A DNA stretch of 64,000 nucleotides from Octopus bimaculoides. Its lineage: Eukaryota. Where the stretch lies: NCBI RefSeq assembly GCF_001194135.2, contig NC_068986.1, forward strand, positions 5,544,042 to 5,608,041. The letters run 5' to 3'. The position numbers and the translations under genes are program-made. Within the stretch, counting starts at the first letter, position 1. Every line of letters starts with the position of its first letter. The notes beneath the pieces are model-generated. The model made no database searches. It saw only the letters and a list, made by a program, of their open reading frames with translations, and had not been told where the DNA came from. Positions 60,301-64,000 of the stretch are shown piece by piece.

Positions 60301-61995
60301 CTGGCAGGTGATATATATAGTACATATGCTATAGTCTTCAAGCTTTTGTTGTCATATCTCTAGTAATTATCGTAATCTTTTAGTATTTAAACTGGCCATA
60401 TCTGGCCTAAGTATTCTCCCTGTTTTATGTTAAAACCAGCCTCTTACACCTATGCTCCAATGTCATTCTTAAAAGAAACAATCACATTATCAACATCTTG
60501 AAGCAATGAAATAATACAGGGTTTCTTCAAAAAAATGTGAATAGATATGTATTAACATTTGACAGAATAATCCGAGTGCTAGAGACATAAACATTGCCCT
60601 GTAAATATTGAATTAGTGATTCAAGCCCACCATCATTTTAATTTGTGTTGGAAGATTTGCAGCACACATTTCTGTATGCATCTCAGTCCAACATCAATTC
60701 TGATTGAAATATGTAAATGTGCTTGCTGTGTTTTCATCATACTACATATATCCTCAACCACCAAATTGTGGCATACACACAATCCGTACACATACTCTTT
60801 TACTCATTTCAATCATTTGACTGTGGCCATGCTGGAGCACCACCTTTAGTCGAAGAGATCGATCCCAGGAATTATTCTTTGTAAGCCTAGTATTTATTCT
60901 TATCAGTCTCTTTTGCCAAACTGCTAAGTTTCGGGGACATAGAACACACCAACATCAGTTGTCAAGCAATGGTGGAGGGACAAGCAAAAACACACACACA
61001 CACATATATATATATACACATGTATATATACATGATAGGCTTCTTTCAGTTTCCATCTACCAAATCCACTCACAAGGCTTTGGTAGGCCTGAGGCTATAG
61101 TGGAAGACACTTGCCCAAGGTGCAATGCAGTGGGAATGAACCCCGAACCATGTTGTTGAGAAGCAAGCTTCTTACCACACCTGCACCTATAACATGTTCA
61201 CTTCCATTTAGATCAGGATAGTTTTTCTTTGCTACTTGGACCAATGCCTTGGATTTCTGATTGCACATTAATGTTACTCATTAAATAGGCTTTCCTCAAC
61301 TCATTTCTTTAATCCCTACATTCACTCCTGATGTTTCACTATAGAACCTATGCATTGACTCATGATTCACAACATTTAGCATATTTATACATACTTTATT
61401 TTTATTTTCATAATGATGGCAAAAAATTTGTCTTAAAATTTTTTTTTCTACTTCTGTCTAGCCACTAGGTTATTTACAAGTTCCACTTAACTGCATTAAT
61501 AGTGTTAACCAGATGCTAGGACTTGTCTGTTTTTAGCAAGCATTTTGAACAGTCTCCAGTTTTCAAGCAACTCCAGATCTGATGCATTTGAGTTTTGGTT
61601 TCTTGTCACTCTATCATAGAAGCCAGTGCCTTTTTGAGCAATCCTTTTCAAGCCATTCCCTTTCTGGTATTATTATTCTAACCTGTAGAATTACATATCT
61701 TATATTGTTTCATGAGACTCTTGGCCATCTTAATTTTCATTTTGTCTGACTGAAGTCCCTTCAATTTCAAGTTTTCATAGTTCAGATTATACATTGAGAA
61801 CCAATTAATCAGCTTAATAAAAAACTGTGCATCCATGAGAACTTCTTTATAATGAGCACAGGTATTGGTATATGCCATGTCCACCATTACATTAAATTCT
61901 TCAGTCGAGTACTGGTAATTTAAACTTCATTTTGTTAAATCATGCTTTTAAAATAACTAAAACACTATATTCTTCATCTATTAATAGCTAAAATA

Positions 61996-63207
61996 TTGGA
62001 TCATCCCATAAATAATGTGGTTTTTTATACTTCTTTTGTTTTTCAAAATTAAGATAAGCTAATATCTTTTTTAATCTAAAATATACTCTCCTTCATTTTC
62101 TACAATGCTCTTCCATCTATCTGGTTTATTTGCAAGGCCTCTCTTCCAAAATTTACTTGTCCATGACGAAAAATACTCCTCCAGTACTGTTCAGACCTTG
62201 TCTACAGAATTCATAATCTTTCCGTCCAAATGATTTTGAAGACGAGCAATGTCCAGCGAATATGGTGAGTGGGGCATTGTTTCCCATTCAAACTGCTCCA
62301 GCCTTTGGAATGTCATTCTTGCTATATGTGGCCAAGCATTATCCTGATGGAAGAGCACATTTCATCTTGAAACCAAAGATGGTCGTTTTTCTTTTAGCAC
62401 TGACTTAAGCTGCTCGCAGTAGATTTCCTTTGTTATCATTTGGTTTGGGTTTAAAAGTTCAAAGTGGACTAAACCTTTCATATCCCACCAAACAGATAAC
62501 AACATTTTATGTGGGTGAAGACCTTCTTTAGCCTGGGGTGCTGGTGTTTCTACTTTCCCTACCCACTGTCTTCAGCGTTTGACATTTTTACAGAGAACCC
62601 ATTTCTTGTCACCAGTCACTATTTGGTCCAAAAAAAAAAAAGGTTCATTCGTGAGACATGATAGTAACTCTATGCACGCAATTAGACTCAGAAAGTTTGT
62701 GAAGAACCCATTGACCCAATTTGCTTACTTTTCTGATGGCACACAGGTGTTGATGACCAAATTCAAGCTTCTCTGCTAATTCCTCAACAGTTATAATGGG
62801 TTTGCAGAACATCCTCATCGAGCTCTACAGATCTTCCAGGATGAGACTTGTCTTCTAGTCTGGTTTCCAGCTTGGAATTTCTGGAACCACTGTTGACACT
62901 GGCTTACACTTATTGTCTGATCCCCATATACTGCATTAATATTCCTTGCACTTTCCATTGCGTCGCTACCTTTATTGAACTCATAAAGCAAAATATGCTG
63001 AATATGCTCCTTTGTCACTTCCATTATAGCTTTGGAAAAATAACTGTTAAAATTGAATTGCACTCTTCAAAACTTGCACTAAGAATAAGCACAAGGTAAA
63101 ATTACTAACTGCTTTTATAGAGAGTTGATACAGGTAGTTTATCCCGTGCCCCTCTGAGTTTTAGTTCATGCAATTGAAAAAACTGCATTATTTAAGGGAT
63201 GACCCAA
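61996..63207 (-). mobile_element. Full-length decayed mariner (Tc1/mariner) element
   Basis: 21-bp imperfect TIRs TTGGATCATCCCATAAATAAT and ATTATTTAAGGGATGACCCAA, each flanked by TA. ORF 62815..63063 reads MEVTKEHIQHILLYEFNKG..ARNINAVYG...WFQKF, a mariner HTH. Confidence 0.85.
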
Positions 63208-64000
63208 TAAAACCAATGCATTACAAAAATAATTGATCTTTAAAAGTGTTTAGTAGATAGAATTAGAAGTGACAAAAAGTTATTTATATAAACTTTTTTC
63301 ACCAAAATCAATATTAAAATTAAGGGTGCAATTTTTTTTTTTAAAGATAATTTAGGCCCTAAAATCAAGATGTATTATTCATGGACCTTCATGATAGTTT
63401 TAAATTTAGCTACTTCAGAACATGATTTGTGTTTATACTTTTTTTCTTTTTTTCCTTAAATTCTTTTATTAATTTCAAACATTTGACTGTTGGGGCATCA
63501 CCTTCAAGGGATTTTGTGAATGATATTGATCCTTTTTGTCAAGTACTTATTTTGTAAGGGAAGGAACTAAATATCAAAACATATTGGTCATCCCTGACAA
63601 TTATATACATTTAGATTCCATATTGATGCCCAAAACCACTTTGTTGCAAAGCAAACATTTAACAATGAGAAGTTATCTACATAAGAATCTGGGTTTTGCT
63701 CAATTGTGTGTGAATTGCAGAGAACAGACCAATTGTGGGCAAAATGCAGCACAAGGCTTTCTGAATGGCATGCCAATGAAAAAATTGCCTTGATTTCTTT
63801 TTAGTAATGCAGCCTGCTTGATGATGAACCATATTTCATGTGGCCAGCTTCTTGCAAAAGATTGCTCATGCCTGGAATAGACTATACACAAATCGGTCGA
63901 TATAACAACTCATTATATTGGTATTGACCTTAAACCTGTGAAAATCAAAATGACTTGTGTTACCAGTTAAATATAAAACTGATCAAGATGGTTTCTATGG

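Overview
AT-rich, repeat-dense eukaryotic genomic DNA with spliceosomal introns and seven N gaps. The repeat content looks like an octopus/coleoid cephalopod (inference). Two conserved genes sit head-to-head with only 189 bp between their start codons. PGD (6-phosphogluconate dehydrogenase) is on the minus strand, 40739->1860; 13 exons are readable and a 14th is inferred to lie in the 9363-10277 gap. SEC62 is on the plus strand, 40929->57837, 9 exons, 401 aa. The introns hold RTE-LINE 3' ends, tRNA-derived SINEs, decayed mariner elements and piggyBac/hAT/mariner-type MITEs. The most notable structure is three separate fold-back insertions inside PGD introns 2, 5 and 6. Each has its own target-site duplication and carries two oppositely oriented minimal type I hammerhead-ribozyme motifs. 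Their arms carry a tRNA-like Pol III head (only fragments in the intron 2 copy), and one insertion retains a decayed Penelope-type GIY-YIG endonuclease. One hammerhead copy (19851-19896) has an intact core and lies on the PGD pre-mRNA strand. All calls were made by eye; no database searches or folding programs were run.
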